Shown in pieces: positions 9,746 to 20,732 of a stretch of DNA of 64,000 nt. The position numbers were made by a program, and so were the translations under genes. Position 1 is the stretch's first letter; the number at the start of each line of letters is the position of its first letter. The DNA comes from Actinomycetota bacterium (GTDB lineage Bacteria > Actinomycetota > UBA4738 > HRBIN12): assembly GCA_036556805.1 (NCBI GenBank), contig DATBIS010000005.1:7782-71781 (forward strand), written 5' to 3'. The notes under the pieces are model-generated. The model made no database searches. It was not told the DNA's origin and saw only the letters and a list, made by a program, of their open reading frames with translations.

Positions 9746-10900
9746 TCAGCCGACCCCGCCGGGCGGCACCTCCTCGTCGAGGATCTGCGGAAGCTGGGTC
9801 GGCGCCGTGGGCGCGGGCGCGCGCGATGCAGCGTCCTCGACGCCGGCGACGAGGGGCGTCGGAGTACCCCCCTGCCTCGTGTCGACGGCGAAGAGGTCGA
9901 GCGGCGAGCCGCAACCGCCCGCACCTACGAGGAGCGTCCTTGGGTCGAGCCACCCGAGGACCGACGTCGGCCGCTGCTCGTCGGGAATCGCCGGCCGGTC
10001 CTTCGTGAGTCCCCTGAGGATGAGGGCCTGGCTCGCTTCGCACGAGTCGCCGGCATCCACCGCGATGCCCGAACCGCTCGGCGCGAGCGCGAGGTCCCGG
10101 ACGAACACGTCACCGATGCTGCGCCAGCCGTCGAGGAGCTCCCCGGGGTGCGACAGGTCGATCGAGTGAACCTGCGAGTACCCCTGCGGGTGGTGAGCGG
10201 TCCAGAAGAGCGACTGCCCGTCGGACGAGAACTCGAGGTCGGTGAACACCGCGCCGCTCTTGCTGAACACCAGCCGCCGGGGATCCTTCCCTTCGTTCGA
10301 CGAGAGCCAGATCGACTGCTGCCCCTTCCGCTCGAGCACGAACGCGAGCGCGAGGCCGCTGGGGTGGTACGCGACGTCCAGGTAGGTCCCGCGGGGCATC
10401 CGGTCGAGCGTCTGGATCTCTCCGTCGTCGAGCAACAGCTTCTCCGGCCGATCGGCGCCCTGCTGCGCGAACACGATCGCGATCCCGACGGGGTGGCCCC
10501 AGTCGGCGATGGTGGGTTCGATGTCCCCTGCGGAGTGAGGGAGCGCTTCCTTGCCCCCGACGACCTCGAGGCCGCCGAGCAAGACCCGGTCGCCGAGGGG
10601 CCCCCAGAGGAACGGTCCGGGGTCGGTCACCGGCCAGAGGCACGAGAGCTCGCCGTCCGATGGGTCGAGCGCCCACACGTGCCCTTCCGCCGTGAACGCG
10701 ACGGTCTGGGCGGCGTCGAAGCGCAGCCGGCTCCCGCAGTCGGGGAGGGGCTCGCCGTCGACCGTGGTGGTCGGGGGAGGCGCCGAGGTCGAGCTGCCGT
10801 TCGGAGGTGGCTGCGGCGAGTCTCCCCCCGGCGTGGAGCCGGTGGTGCACGCGCCCATCGAGAGCACGGCGACCACCGCGAGAGCGATCCGGGTTCGCAT
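9746..10900 (-). CDS. Lipoprotein with beta-propeller-like (TolB/WD40-like) domain
   Basis: ATG at 10900 is preceded by GGAGGGAAG. Signal peptide with lipobox-like LSMGAC. Repeated strand-rich segments. The upstream part of the 496-aa ORF is Arg-rich artefact. Confidence 0.7.
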   Translation of the reverse strand: MRTRIALAVVAVLSMGACTTGSTPGGDSPQPPPNGSSTSAPPPTTTVDGEPLPDCGSRLRFDAAQTVAFTAEGHVWALDPSDGELSCLWPVTDPGPFLWGPLGDRVLLGGLEVVGGKEALPHSAGDIEPTIADWGHPVGIAIVFAQQGADRPEKLLLDDGEIQTLDRMPRGTYLDVAYHPSGLALAFVLERKGQQSIWLSSNEGKDPRRLVFSKSGAVFTDLEFSSDGQSLFWTAHHPQGYSQVHSIDLSHPGELLDGWRSIGDVFVRDLALAPSGSGIAVDAGDSCEASQALILRGLTKDRPAIPDEQRPTSVLGWLDPRTLLVGAGGCGSPLDLFAVDTRQGGTPTPLVAGVEDAASRAPAPTAPTQLPQILDEEVPPGGVG

Positions 10901-10958
10901 CTTCCCTCCGACCGGACTCACGGTACACCTCGACCGGTTCCCCCGCGTCGAAGACGCG

Positions 10959-11624
10959 TCAGCCGGCGAGCTCTCGGGCCCTCGCAACCTGCCGCGTGAG
11001 CGACTCGCGAACGCGATCGGTGAAGGAGTCGACCTCGGCGGCGTCGGTGTCCTCGCTCGCGGGCAGGATCGGGCTCCCGAACGCGATCGCGACCGTCGGG
11101 CGCCACGGCCTGCCGAACCGCAATCCCGATCGCGGCCACCGGACCTGCGTACCCCAGATGCCGACCGGCACGACCGGTGCGCCGGTGGGCAGCGCGATGC
11201 GCGCCGCCCCCGTTCGCACGCGCTGCAGTCCGCCATCCGGGTCGTCGCTCACCCGTCCCTCCGGAGCGATTGCCGCGAGCGCACCCGATCGCACGGTTGC
11301 GATCGTCTCGTCGAGCGCCCCGCTGTCGCCCTCGCCCCGGCGGATCGGGATCTGCTCGTAGCGCCGGAGGATCCATCCGATTACCGGGATGCGGAACACC
11401 TCGGCGGCCACGAGGAACCGGCTCTCTCGGCGGACCCGCCGCGCGACGACGACGGCGAGCACCGGTCCGTCGAGGACGCTCACGTGATCGAACGCGAGGA
11501 GGGCGGAGCCGCGAAGCGGCACGTGCTCGGTGCCCTCGACGTGGACTCGGAAGAAGACCCGAACGAGCGCCGCCACGATCGGCACGCCGGCGCGCCACCA
11601 GCGGTTCAGCTCGGTGTCGCGCAC
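10959..11624 (-). CDS. plsC: 1-acyl-sn-glycerol-3-phosphate acyltransferase family
   Basis: HX4D motif (FDHVSVLD), IAPEGR motif and PVVPVGIWG block typical of LPLAT/PlsC acyltransferases. Confidence 0.85.
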   Translation of the reverse strand: MRDTELNRWWRAGVPIVAALVRVFFRVHVEGTEHVPLRGSALLAFDHVSVLDGPVLAVVVARRVRRESRFLVAAEVFRIPVIGWILRRYEQIPIRRGEGDSGALDETIATVRSGALAAIAPEGRVSDDPDGGLQRVRTGAARIALPTGAPVVPVGIWGTQVRWPRSGLRFGRPWRPTVAIAFGSPILPASEDTDAAEVDSFTDRVRESLTRQVARARELAG

Positions 11625-11707
11625 GCGTGGATGCTACCCGCTGGGGTTCCTCCGGTCGAAGGCCCGACGTCCACGGCGCGACGACCTCGCTCCCTATACT
11701 TCGGCGG

Positions 11708-12868
11708 ATGGACGCGGCGACGCTTCGCGACCTTGCCCGCAAGCGCCGCGACGAGTACGTCACGGCGCTCGAGCGGATGGTGAACGTCGATTGCGGCTCG
11801 TACACGCCGGCGGGCGTGAACGCCATCGCCGACCTGTGCGAGGAGCGCTTCACGTCGAACGGCTGGCGCGTCGAACGCAGACCGCACGCCCCGGCGGCCG
11901 GCGAGCCGGGGCTCGGAGACCTCCTGATCGGCCGCACGTCCGGCTCGGGAGGTGCGAACGCGCTTCTCGTCGGCCACATGGACACCGTGTTCGACGAGGG
12001 CACGGTGGCCGAGCGCCCCTTCCGGATCGACGGCGCAACCGCGTTCGGTCCCGGCGTGTCCGACATGAAGGGCGGACTGCTCCTCGGGTTCTTCGCCGTC
12101 GAGCTGGTCCGAGAGGCGGGGTTCGACCGATTCGGCGAGATCACCTACGTCTGCAATCCCGACGAGGAGATCGGGTCGCCGTTCTCCGGGCCGATCATTC
12201 GCGAGCTCGCGCCGAAGCACGACGCCGCGCTCGTGCTGGAGAGCGCGCGCGCGAACGGCGACGTGGTGTCGGCCCGCAAGGGCATCACGGACTTCCGCAT
12301 CACGATCACCGGCAGGGCGGCGCACGCGGGCGTCGAGCCCGAGAAGGGCCGGAGCGCCGTGCTCGAGGCCGCGCACAAGATCATCGACCTGCAGGCGTTG
12401 AACGGGCGGTGGCCCGGCGTCACCGTCAACGTCGGTGTGGCGCGCGGCGGGACGCGCACGAACGTCGTCCCCGAGCACGCAGAGCTGCACGTCGATCTGC
12501 GATCCCCGCGCGCGGACACCCTCGACGACGCGATGGCCGAGATCCAGAGCCTGTGCGCGCGCACCGTCGTCCCCGACGTCTCGATCGAGGTCACGGCGAA
12601 CGGCTGGCACCGCCCGATGGAGAAGACCGAGGGCGGCGCCCGGCTCGCGCGGACGGCGATCGAGCTCGCGAGCGAGCTCGGGTTCGAGCTGCACGACGCG
12701 GCGACCGGCGGGGCGTCCGACGCGAACACCACGAGCTCGGCCGGAACGCCGACGCTGGATGGGCTCGGGCCGATCGGCGGTGACGATCACGCGCCGGGCG
12801 AGTGGCTCGACCTCGACAGCGTCGTGCCACGCCTTGCCCTCCTCGCCGGGATCCTGACGAGGCTGTGA
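11708..12868 (+). CDS. M20-family metallopeptidase (carboxypeptidase G2-like)
   Basis: GHMDTV and GVSDMKGG motifs plus a dimerisation-domain pattern. ATG 11708 lies 7 nt after TATACT, so it is probably leaderless. The upstream part of the ORF is artefact. Confidence 0.85.
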   Translation: MDAATLRDLARKRRDEYVTALERMVNVDCGSYTPAGVNAIADLCEERFTSNGWRVERRPHAPAAGEPGLGDLLIGRTSGSGGANALLVGHMDTVFDEGTVAERPFRIDGATAFGPGVSDMKGGLLLGFFAVELVREAGFDRFGEITYVCNPDEEIGSPFSGPIIRELAPKHDAALVLESARANGDVVSARKGITDFRITITGRAAHAGVEPEKGRSAVLEAAHKIIDLQALNGRWPGVTVNVGVARGGTRTNVVPEHAELHVDLRSPRADTLDDAMAEIQSLCARTVVPDVSIEVTANGWHRPMEKTEGGARLARTAIELASELGFELHDAATGGASDANTTSSAGTPTLDGLGPIGGDDHAPGEWLDLDSVVPRLALLAGILTRL

Positions 12869-13967
12869 GCACGATCGATCGCTCCGACGCGCCGGCCGAC
12901 CCCGACCTCTACCGCGCGCTCGTCGAGGGGGTTCCCGCGATCGTGTACGTCGACGACCCCGACGAGCACTCCACGAACTTCTACACGAGCCCGCAGGCGG
13001 TCGACCTGCTCGGCTACTCGCAGGAGGAGTGGGGATCCACGCCCGATCTGTGGATCGACAAGATCCATCCGGACGATGTCGGGCGCGTGCTCGAGGAGAA
13101 TCGCCGTTCGAACGCGGAAGGGGATCGCTTCTTCGCCGAGTATCGGATGGTGACGAGGGACGAGCATGTCGTGTGGATCCGCGACGAGGCGGTGCTCGAG
13201 CGCGACGACGACGGCGAGCCGCTCCGCTGGCGCGGCCTCATGCTCGACGTCAGCGCGCAGAAGCAGGTCGAGGCGAGGTTGCACGAGAGCCTCGAGGTGC
13301 TGCGGCGCTCGAGCCAACAGCGGCGCGAGCTGATGGAGCGGCTGGAGACCGCACAGGAGGTGGAGCGGCGCAGGATCGCCGCCGACATCCACGACGACTC
13401 GATCCAGGTGATGAGTGCGCTGGACGTGCGGTTGCAGACGCTCTCGATGGGGGGTGGAGCGGATCCCGCCGGGCTCGAGGAGCTGCGCGAGATCGTCGCC
13501 GAAGCGATCGATCGGCTCCGCCACCTCACGTTCGAGCTCCGTCCGGTTGCCTTGGACCGCGAAGGGCTCCTCGTGGCGGTCCGCCAGTACCTGGAGCACA
13601 CACAGGCCGAGACCGGCCTCGAGTGGTCGCTCGAGGGGACCGCGCTCGTCGCCGACCCGATCCCCGAGGCCCGAGCGGTGCTCTACCGGATGGTGCAGGA
13701 GGTCGTCGTGAACACGGGGAAGCACGCGAAGGCGAGCCGGCTCGACGTCGAGATGGCAACCGCCGGCGCGGGCGTCGCGGTGCGCCTCCAAGACGACGGC
13801 ATCGGGTTCGACACGTCCGCGCTCGGGCGACCCGAACCCGGCCACCTCGGTCTCGTCACGAGCATGGAGCGGGCCGAGGTCGCGGGCGGCTGGTTCCGCG
13901 TGTCGAGCGCCCCGGGCTCCGGGACGACGGTGGAGTTCTGGCTACCGAGCGAGCGAGGCGACGAGAC

Positions 13968-13971
<4 letters not shown>
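12865..13971 (+). CDS. Sensor histidine kinase (PAS plus HisKA_3 plus HATPase_c), no cognate response regulator adjacent
   Basis: PAS-like block (VYVDDPDE...WIDKIHPDD...YRMVTRDEHVVWIRD), H-box ERRRIAADIHDDSIQ and a C-terminal ATPase domain. GTG 12865 overlaps the M20 stop (GTGA). Confidence 0.85.
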
Positions 13972-15149
<1,178 letters not shown>

Positions 15150-15150
15150 G

Positions 15151-16176
15151 TCAGGACTCCTTCCGGGTTCGCAGAGTGTGGGCGGACATCCGACGGTCGG
15201 TCAACCCAGATCGAGCGCGTCGGTGAGCCGCAGGCGCCGCGCCGCGTCGGTCCAGCCCGAGCAGCGCCGAGCCGAGCACCGGTGGGGCATCGAGCACGAG
15301 CGTCCGTGATCGAGGCGCGACGGCCAGCATGCCCTCTCGGATCCGCTCGAAGAACTCGTGGTCGTCGTTGCGGAAGATGCCGCCCCCCAGGACGACGTCG
15401 ACGTCGAGCTTCGTCATGTGAAGCCGCCTGATCGCGGCGCCCGCCATCGCGACGACCTCGTCGGCCTGATGGTCGACGATGCTCCGCGCGACGGCGTCCC
15501 CGTCCTTCGCCGCCTCGAACACGACGGGGGCGAGCTCGACGATGCGCTCGCCGTCGATCCGATCGAGGTGCATGGCCTCCACGACCTGGCGCGGACGACG
15601 CAGCCCGAAGAACGCGGGGATGAGGCGGCGCAGGGTCGTGGGGTCGCCCCGCCCGTCCTCGGCGCGAATCGCGTACCAGAGTCCCGCGCCGCCCACGTCG
15701 CCGCCGCCGCCCCAGTCCCCCGAGATCAGGCCGACCGCGGGGAAGCGGAAGACCCGGCCGTTCGGAGCCACCGCCGAGCAGTTCGTGCCGTAACCGCACA
15801 CCACCCCCACGCCCCATGGGCGATCGGTGCCGGCTCGCAGGACCGCGAAGGTGTCGTTGCGGACGACGTCCTCCGACGTGAGGCCCTGCGCGCCCAGCCA
15901 CTTCGCGATGCGTCGGTCGTCGGAGGGGAGGTCGGCGCCGGCGAGGCAGTAGACGCCGACGTCGGCGACGGGGAGCCGGGCAGGGTCGAGGCCGGCGTCG
16001 GCACAGGCCGCGCGCGCCGCCTCCATCACGAAGCCCAGGTGGTCGGGGCTGCCGGTCCCGTTGTGGTCCGAGCCGAGACGCCGAGCGGCTCCCACGACCG
16101 TGCCGTCGGCCCGCAGCAGGGCGGCGTCCACCTTGGAGCCTCCGGCGTCGACCGCGAGGAGTGCGGGTCGCCTCAC
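15151..16176 (-). CDS. BadF/BadG/BcrA/BcrD-type ATPase (N-acetylglucosamine-kinase-like sugar kinase), copy 1
   Basis: N-terminal LAVDAGGSK phosphate-1 motif and GGGD/GGGI ASKHA-fold motifs. GTG start overlaps the CE4 stop (GTGA). Confidence 0.8.
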   Translation of the reverse strand: MRRPALLAVDAGGSKVDAALLRADGTVVGAARRLGSDHNGTGSPDHLGFVMEAARAACADAGLDPARLPVADVGVYCLAGADLPSDDRRIAKWLGAQGLTSEDVVRNDTFAVLRAGTDRPWGVGVVCGYGTNCSAVAPNGRVFRFPAVGLISGDWGGGGDVGGAGLWYAIRAEDGRGDPTTLRRLIPAFFGLRRPRQVVEAMHLDRIDGERIVELAPVVFEAAKDGDAVARSIVDHQADEVVAMAGAAIRRLHMTKLDVDVVLGGGIFRNDDHEFFERIREGMLAVAPRSRTLVLDAPPVLGSALLGLDRRGAAPAAHRRARSGLTDRRMSAHTLRTRKES

Positions 16177-16823
16177 GGGAGTGCCTCCTCGGGAAGCTCG
16201 TCGAGCCGGACGAATCGGAACCCGTCGGCGCGAAGCCCGTCCACGATCGGCGGGACGGCGCCGTGGGTCCCGTCCGGCCAGGTGTGGAGCAGCACGACGG
16301 CTCCGTCGCCGTGCGCACGCACGCCCTCGATCGCGTCACGGGAGATCGCGGCGGCGTCGCGCCACGGCTCCCAGTCCTCGAGCGCCACGTCCCAATGCAC
16401 GTCGCGATAGCCGAGCTCGGCAAGCGGGCCTTGGACTCGCTCGTCGCCGTGACCGTCGCCGAACGGGCACCGGAACCAGGGTTTCGGATCGGTGCCGATG
16501 ATGTCGTAGATCGCCTCTGCCGCCTCACGAACGTCGGTTCGCAGGCCCTCGTCGGTGAACAGCGTCATGCGCGCGTGGTACTTGGAGTGGTTGCCGACGA
16601 GATGTCCGTCGACGGCGATCCGGCGGGCGGTCTCCGGCTGGGATTCCGCCCACCGCCCCTGCACGAAGAAGGTTGCGGCGACCCCCCGTTCGGCGAGGTG
16701 ATCCAGGATGCGCTCGGCGTTCTCGCTCGAGCGCCACGGGCGATCCGGATGCTCCGCGTCGAACGTCAGCGCGACGCGAGGGGCGGTCGGGAATGGGTCA
16801 GGAAAGTTTCCTAACGATTTCAC
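16173..16823 (-). CDS. Polysaccharide deacetylase (NodB homology domain, CE4)
   Basis: ALTFDAEHP (TFDD-like motif 1), GNHSKYH (motif 2) and RCPFG (motif 3). GTG start at 16823. Codons 3-8 coincide with operator box 1. Confidence 0.85.
   Translation of the reverse strand: MKSLGNFPDPFPTAPRVALTFDAEHPDRPWRSSENAERILDHLAERGVAATFFVQGRWAESQPETARRIAVDGHLVGNHSKYHARMTLFTDEGLRTDVREAAEAIYDIIGTDPKPWFRCPFGDGHGDERVQGPLAELGYRDVHWDVALEDWEPWRDAAAISRDAIEGVRAHGDGAVVLLHTWPDGTHGAVPPIVDGLRADGFRFVRLDELPEEALP
16798..16814. promoter_or_regulatory. Operator box 1: TCAGGAAAGTTTCCTAA (palindrome AGGAAA-S-TTTCCT)
   Basis: One of three near-identical 17-bp palindromes in the window. It lies at the 5' end of the CE4 operon and over the -35 region of the divergent GH4 gene. 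Confidence 0.7.
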
Positions 16824-16849
16824 CGCCGGGAGTGTACGATGCGCGGGCC

Positions 16850-18115
16850 ATGGGTGTGAAGGTTGCCGTCGTCGGAGGCGGGAGCACCTACACCCCCGAG
16901 CTCGTCGAGGGGTTCGTGACCCGTGGCGACCGGCTCCCCGTGGACGAGCTCGTGCTGCTCGACGTCGACCCCGACCGCCTCGCGGTGGTAGGGGCTCTCG
17001 CCGAGCGCATGGTGCGGAAGGCCGGCTGGCCGGGAGCGATCCGGCTCACGCAGAGCCGGGACGAGGCGCTCGAGGGCGCTGACTTCGTGATCGTGCAGCT
17101 CCGGGTGGGCGGCCAGGCGGCGCGCCTCACGGACGAGACGATCCCACCGTCGTACGGCTGCATCGGCCAGGAGACGACCGGCCCGGGGGGCTTCGCGAAG
17201 GCGCTGCGGACGGTGCCCGTCGTGCTCGAGCTCGCGCGCGAGACCTCGCGCCTCGGCGCCCCGGGCGCGTGGTTCGTCGACTTCACGAACCCGACCGGGC
17301 TGGTCACACAGGCGCTGCTCGACGAGGGGCACCGGGCGATCGGCCTCTGCAACGTCGCGATCGGGTTCCAGCGCAGGTTCGCGGCGCATTTCGGCGTCGC
17401 GCCGGACCGGGTGCGACTCGACCACGTCGGCCTCAACCACCTCAGCTGGGAGCGGGCCGTGTTCGTGGAGGGCGTCGATCGCCTGGCGGAGCTGCTCGAG
17501 GCGGCCGCCGACCTGGTCGCCGACGAGGCCGATATGCCGGTGGAGCTGGTTCGCGCGCTCGGCGCGATCCCGAGCTCCTACCTGCACTACTACTACCTCA
17601 CCTCCGAGGTGCTCGAGCATCAGCGGTCGCATCCGTCGCGCGCCGAGGAGGTCATGAGGATCGAGGCCGAGCTGCTCGAGCTCTACCGGGACCCCGAGCT
17701 CGACGTGAAGCCGAAGCTGCTCGAGGAGCGCGGCGGCGCCTTCTACTCCGACGCGGCGGCCGCGCTCGTCGCCTCGCTCCACGCCGGCACCGGCGACGTC
17801 CAGGTCGTGAACGTCCGCAACGTCGGCGCGATCCCGAACCTCCCAGCGGACGACGTCGTGGAGGTTTCCGCGACGATCGACCGAGACGGCGCGCACCCGA
17901 TCGCGACCGCACCGCTCGCCCCCGAGATGCTCGGGCTCGTGCAGCACGCGAAGGCGTACGAGCTCCTCGCGATCGAGGCGGCGACGACCGGGAACCGCAC
18001 CACCGCGCTCAAGGCCCTCATGGCGAACCCGCTCGTGGGCGACTACCGCGTCGCGGCACCGCTGCTCGACGCGCTGCTCGACGCGAACCGCGAGCTGCTG
18101 CCGCAGTTCGCCTGA
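16850..18115 (+). CDS. GH4 NAD/Mn-dependent glycosidase (6-phospho-beta-glucosidase-like, CelF/ChbF type)
   Basis: N-terminal KVAVVGGGSTYTPELVEGF Rossmann signature of family 4 glycoside hydrolases. 421 aa. TACGAT hexamer ends 9 nt upstream of the ATG. Confidence 0.9.
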   Translation: MGVKVAVVGGGSTYTPELVEGFVTRGDRLPVDELVLLDVDPDRLAVVGALAERMVRKAGWPGAIRLTQSRDEALEGADFVIVQLRVGGQAARLTDETIPPSYGCIGQETTGPGGFAKALRTVPVVLELARETSRLGAPGAWFVDFTNPTGLVTQALLDEGHRAIGLCNVAIGFQRRFAAHFGVAPDRVRLDHVGLNHLSWERAVFVEGVDRLAELLEAAADLVADEADMPVELVRALGAIPSSYLHYYYLTSEVLEHQRSHPSRAEEVMRIEAELLELYRDPELDVKPKLLEERGGAFYSDAAAALVASLHAGTGDVQVVNVRNVGAIPNLPADDVVEVSATIDRDGAHPIATAPLAPEMLGLVQHAKAYELLAIEAATTGNRTTALKALMANPLVGDYRVAAPLLDALLDANRELLPQFA

Positions 18116-18127
18116 CCCGGCGGACCG

Positions 18128-19363
18128 TCAGCCCTCCGGCAGCTCCGACGCGTGGCGCTGGATCTTCGCGAGGGCCTCGACCGCGTCCTGGACCCCGGCG
18201 TTCCCGTCCCGGAAGACGTTCTCCATGAAGTACACCGACTCGCGAAGGCCCGCGGCCTCGGCGACGGGGAACGACATCGATGCGGGGTCGAGCCGGTCGG
18301 CGAACTCGACGGCCACGGGGAGCCGGGAGAGCGACGGCTGGAACAGCTCGTATCGGCTCATCGGTGGGTACTGGACCTCCGCGGGGATCCCCTCGGCCTC
18401 CATCGCCGCGCAGACGACCTCGTTGGTTCGGCCGGCGAAGGCGTCGGGGTCGATCGCGATGAGGTAGTTGTAGAAGCTCCACCGCGTGATGCGCTCGTCG
18501 GCGGGCATCACGCGAACCCCGGGAACCTCGGCGACGAGCCGTTCGAACGCCTTGCCGGCGACCGCGCGCTCCTCTTGCTGTGCGGGGAACCGTCGCATCG
18601 CCACGACGAGGAGCGCGGCGTGCAGCTCGCTCAGGCGGTAGTTCGCGCCGAACGTGACCTCTTTCTCGTCGGGATCCTTCGGGCGGCCGCAGTCGATGAT
18701 CGAGTGTGCGCGCCTCGCGAGCGCCTCGTCGTTCGTGAGCAGCGAACCGCCCTCGCCGGCGGTGAGGATCTTCGAGGATTGGTGGCTGAAGGACCCGAAG
18801 CTCCCGATGCAGCCCGCGCCGCGGCCGCGCCACTGCTGGCCGTGCGCGTGCGCGCAGTCCTCGACGATCGCGAGGCCGTGGCGCTCGGCGATCTCGGTGA
18901 GGCGATCCATGTCCGCCATCTGGTGGCCGAGGTGCACGGGCAGGATCGCCTTCGTCCGCGGCGTGATCGCGCCTTCGACGAGGTCGGGGTCGATCGTCCA
19001 CGTGCGTGGCTCGACGTCCACGATGACGGGAAGCGCGCCGGCGGCCATCGGCGCGTACGCCGTCGCGCTGAACGTGAGCGCGGGGATGACGACCTCGTCG
19101 CCCCAGCCGATGTCGAGCGCCTTGAGCGCCACCTCCATCGTCACGGTGCCGTTCATCATCAGCACGCCGTGACGGGCACCCTGGTAGGCCGCGAACGCTT
19201 CCTCGAACGCGGCACCGTTGCGGCCGGGCTCCGGGAACCCGCCCCATGCACCGCTCCGCACGACCTCGCCGACCGCCGCGACGTACTCGTCGTCGGGCGA
19301 AGGCCACGCCGGGTACGGGGTGCCGCGAACGGGCGCCCCGCCGTTGATCGCGAGCTCCGCCAT
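18128..19363 (-). CDS. DegT/DnrJ/EryC1/StrS-family PLP aminotransferase
   Basis: Family blocks (MMNGTVTMEVALKAL, VIPALTFSAT, ILPVHLGHQMADM, SFSHQSSKILTAGEGG with the PLP lysine). ATG 19363 is preceded by GGAAGGAG. Confidence 0.85.
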   Translation of the reverse strand: MAELAINGGAPVRGTPYPAWPSPDDEYVAAVGEVVRSGAWGGFPEPGRNGAAFEEAFAAYQGARHGVLMMNGTVTMEVALKALDIGWGDEVVIPALTFSATAYAPMAAGALPVIVDVEPRTWTIDPDLVEGAITPRTKAILPVHLGHQMADMDRLTEIAERHGLAIVEDCAHAHGQQWRGRGAGCIGSFGSFSHQSSKILTAGEGGSLLTNDEALARRAHSIIDCGRPKDPDEKEVTFGANYRLSELHAALLVVAMRRFPAQQEERAVAGKAFERLVAEVPGVRVMPADERITRWSFYNYLIAIDPDAFAGRTNEVVCAAMEAEGIPAEVQYPPMSRYELFQPSLSRLPVAVEFADRLDPASMSFPVAEAAGLRESVYFMENVFRDGNAGVQDAVEALAKIQRHASELPEG

Positions 19364-19457
19364 CGTCACACGCTCCTTCCGTCGGGCCGCGGTCGCGGCC
19401 TTGGTAGTGTCCACCACGTGGGGGCCTCGTGACGAGGATCGAGCCGGAGGAGCCGCG

Positions 19458-20732
19458 CTGATCCTCGACCTCACGCCGGCACACGACGTCAGGATCGACG
19501 CGGGGACGAAGGGTTTTCCGGCGCTCACCGGATCGGTTCGCGCGGTGGACGTCGCCGCGGCGGGCTGGTCGCTCCCTCGCGACCTGCGCGCGCCGGTGAT
19601 GACCCTGCGCGCGACGGCGCTCGACCACAACCTCGCGCTCATGGCGTCGTTCTGTCGCAACCACGACGTGGACCTCGTTCCGCACGGTAAGACGACGATG
19701 GCGCCGCAGCTCTGGGACCGACAGCTCGAGGCGGGGGCCTGGGGGATCACGGCCGCCACCGTCGCGCAGGCGGCAGTCATGCGCTCGGTGAGGGTGCCGC
19801 GGATCCTGCTCGCGAACGAGCTCGTGGACGGCCCCTCGATCGACTGGGTCGCAGCACAGCTCGGAGACCCGGACTTCGACTTCGTGTGCTACGTGGACTC
19901 GCTGCGCGGCGTCGCGATCCTCGAGGAGCGCTTGGGCGCGGCCGGCGCGCCGAGGCCGCTGGGCGTGCTCGTCGAGATCGGCCACGAGGGCGGCCGCACG
20001 GGTTGCCGGACGGTGGACGCCGCGCTCGAGGTCGCGGGGGCGGTCGCGGCGAGCAAGCGTCTCGAGCTCGCCGGCGCCGCAGGCTACGAGGGGACGATCG
20101 GCGAGGGTCGCTCCCTCGACGCGATGACGGCCGTGAGCGCGTTCGTCGATCGGCTCGGCGAACTCGCGAGGGGCCTGCTCGAACGCGGCGCGGTCCGCGA
20201 CGGAGCGATCGTGAGCGCGGGTGGCAGCGTGTTCTTCGACGTCGTCGCCGACCGGCTGCGTGAGGCGCTTCCCGAGGGATCCGGCGCGCGCATCGCGTTG
20301 CGATCGGGCTGCTACCTCACGCACGACCACGGGACGTACGAGCGCAACTCGCCGTTCTCCGGACGCGCGGATCCCGCGCTGCGATTCCATCCCGCGATCG
20401 AGCTCTGGGGGAGGGTGCTCTCCCGACCCGAGCCGTCGCTCGCGCTGCTCGGCTTCGGGCGGCGCGACGCCCCCTTCGACACCGGGATGCCTGTGCCCCT
20501 GTCGATCCACTCGCCGTCGGGCGATCCGACACGGGCCGCGCGCGGGATCGAGGTGGAGCGCCTGAACGACCAGCACGCGTTCTGCCGAGTCGACCCGAAG
20601 ACGCCGCTCGAGGTCGGAGAGCTCGTGGCGTGCGGGATCTCGCACCCGTGCACGGCGTTCGACAAATGGCGCGTGCTGCCGGTCGTCGACGACCACCTGC
20701 GCGTGGTCGACGCCGTCGCGACGTTCTTCTAG
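19458..20732 (+). CDS. D-serine-dehydratase-like PLP enzyme (alanine racemase N-terminal fold, DSD1 type 'amino acid deaminase')
   Basis: PHGKTTMAP (PLP-lysine motif) and C-terminal GISHPCTAFDKW block. GGAGGAG (19446-19452) plus a 5-nt spacer precedes in-frame CTG 19458. The alternative canonical GTG at 19407 has no SD. Confidence 0.75.
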   Translation: MILDLTPAHDVRIDAGTKGFPALTGSVRAVDVAAAGWSLPRDLRAPVMTLRATALDHNLALMASFCRNHDVDLVPHGKTTMAPQLWDRQLEAGAWGITAATVAQAAVMRSVRVPRILLANELVDGPSIDWVAAQLGDPDFDFVCYVDSLRGVAILEERLGAAGAPRPLGVLVEIGHEGGRTGCRTVDAALEVAGAVAASKRLELAGAAGYEGTIGEGRSLDAMTAVSAFVDRLGELARGLLERGAVRDGAIVSAGGSVFFDVVADRLREALPEGSGARIALRSGCYLTHDHGTYERNSPFSGRADPALRFHPAIELWGRVLSRPEPSLALLGFGRRDAPFDTGMPVPLSIHSPSGDPTRAARGIEVERLNDQHAFCRVDPKTPLEVGELVACGISHPCTAFDKWRVLPVVDDHLRVVDAVATFF

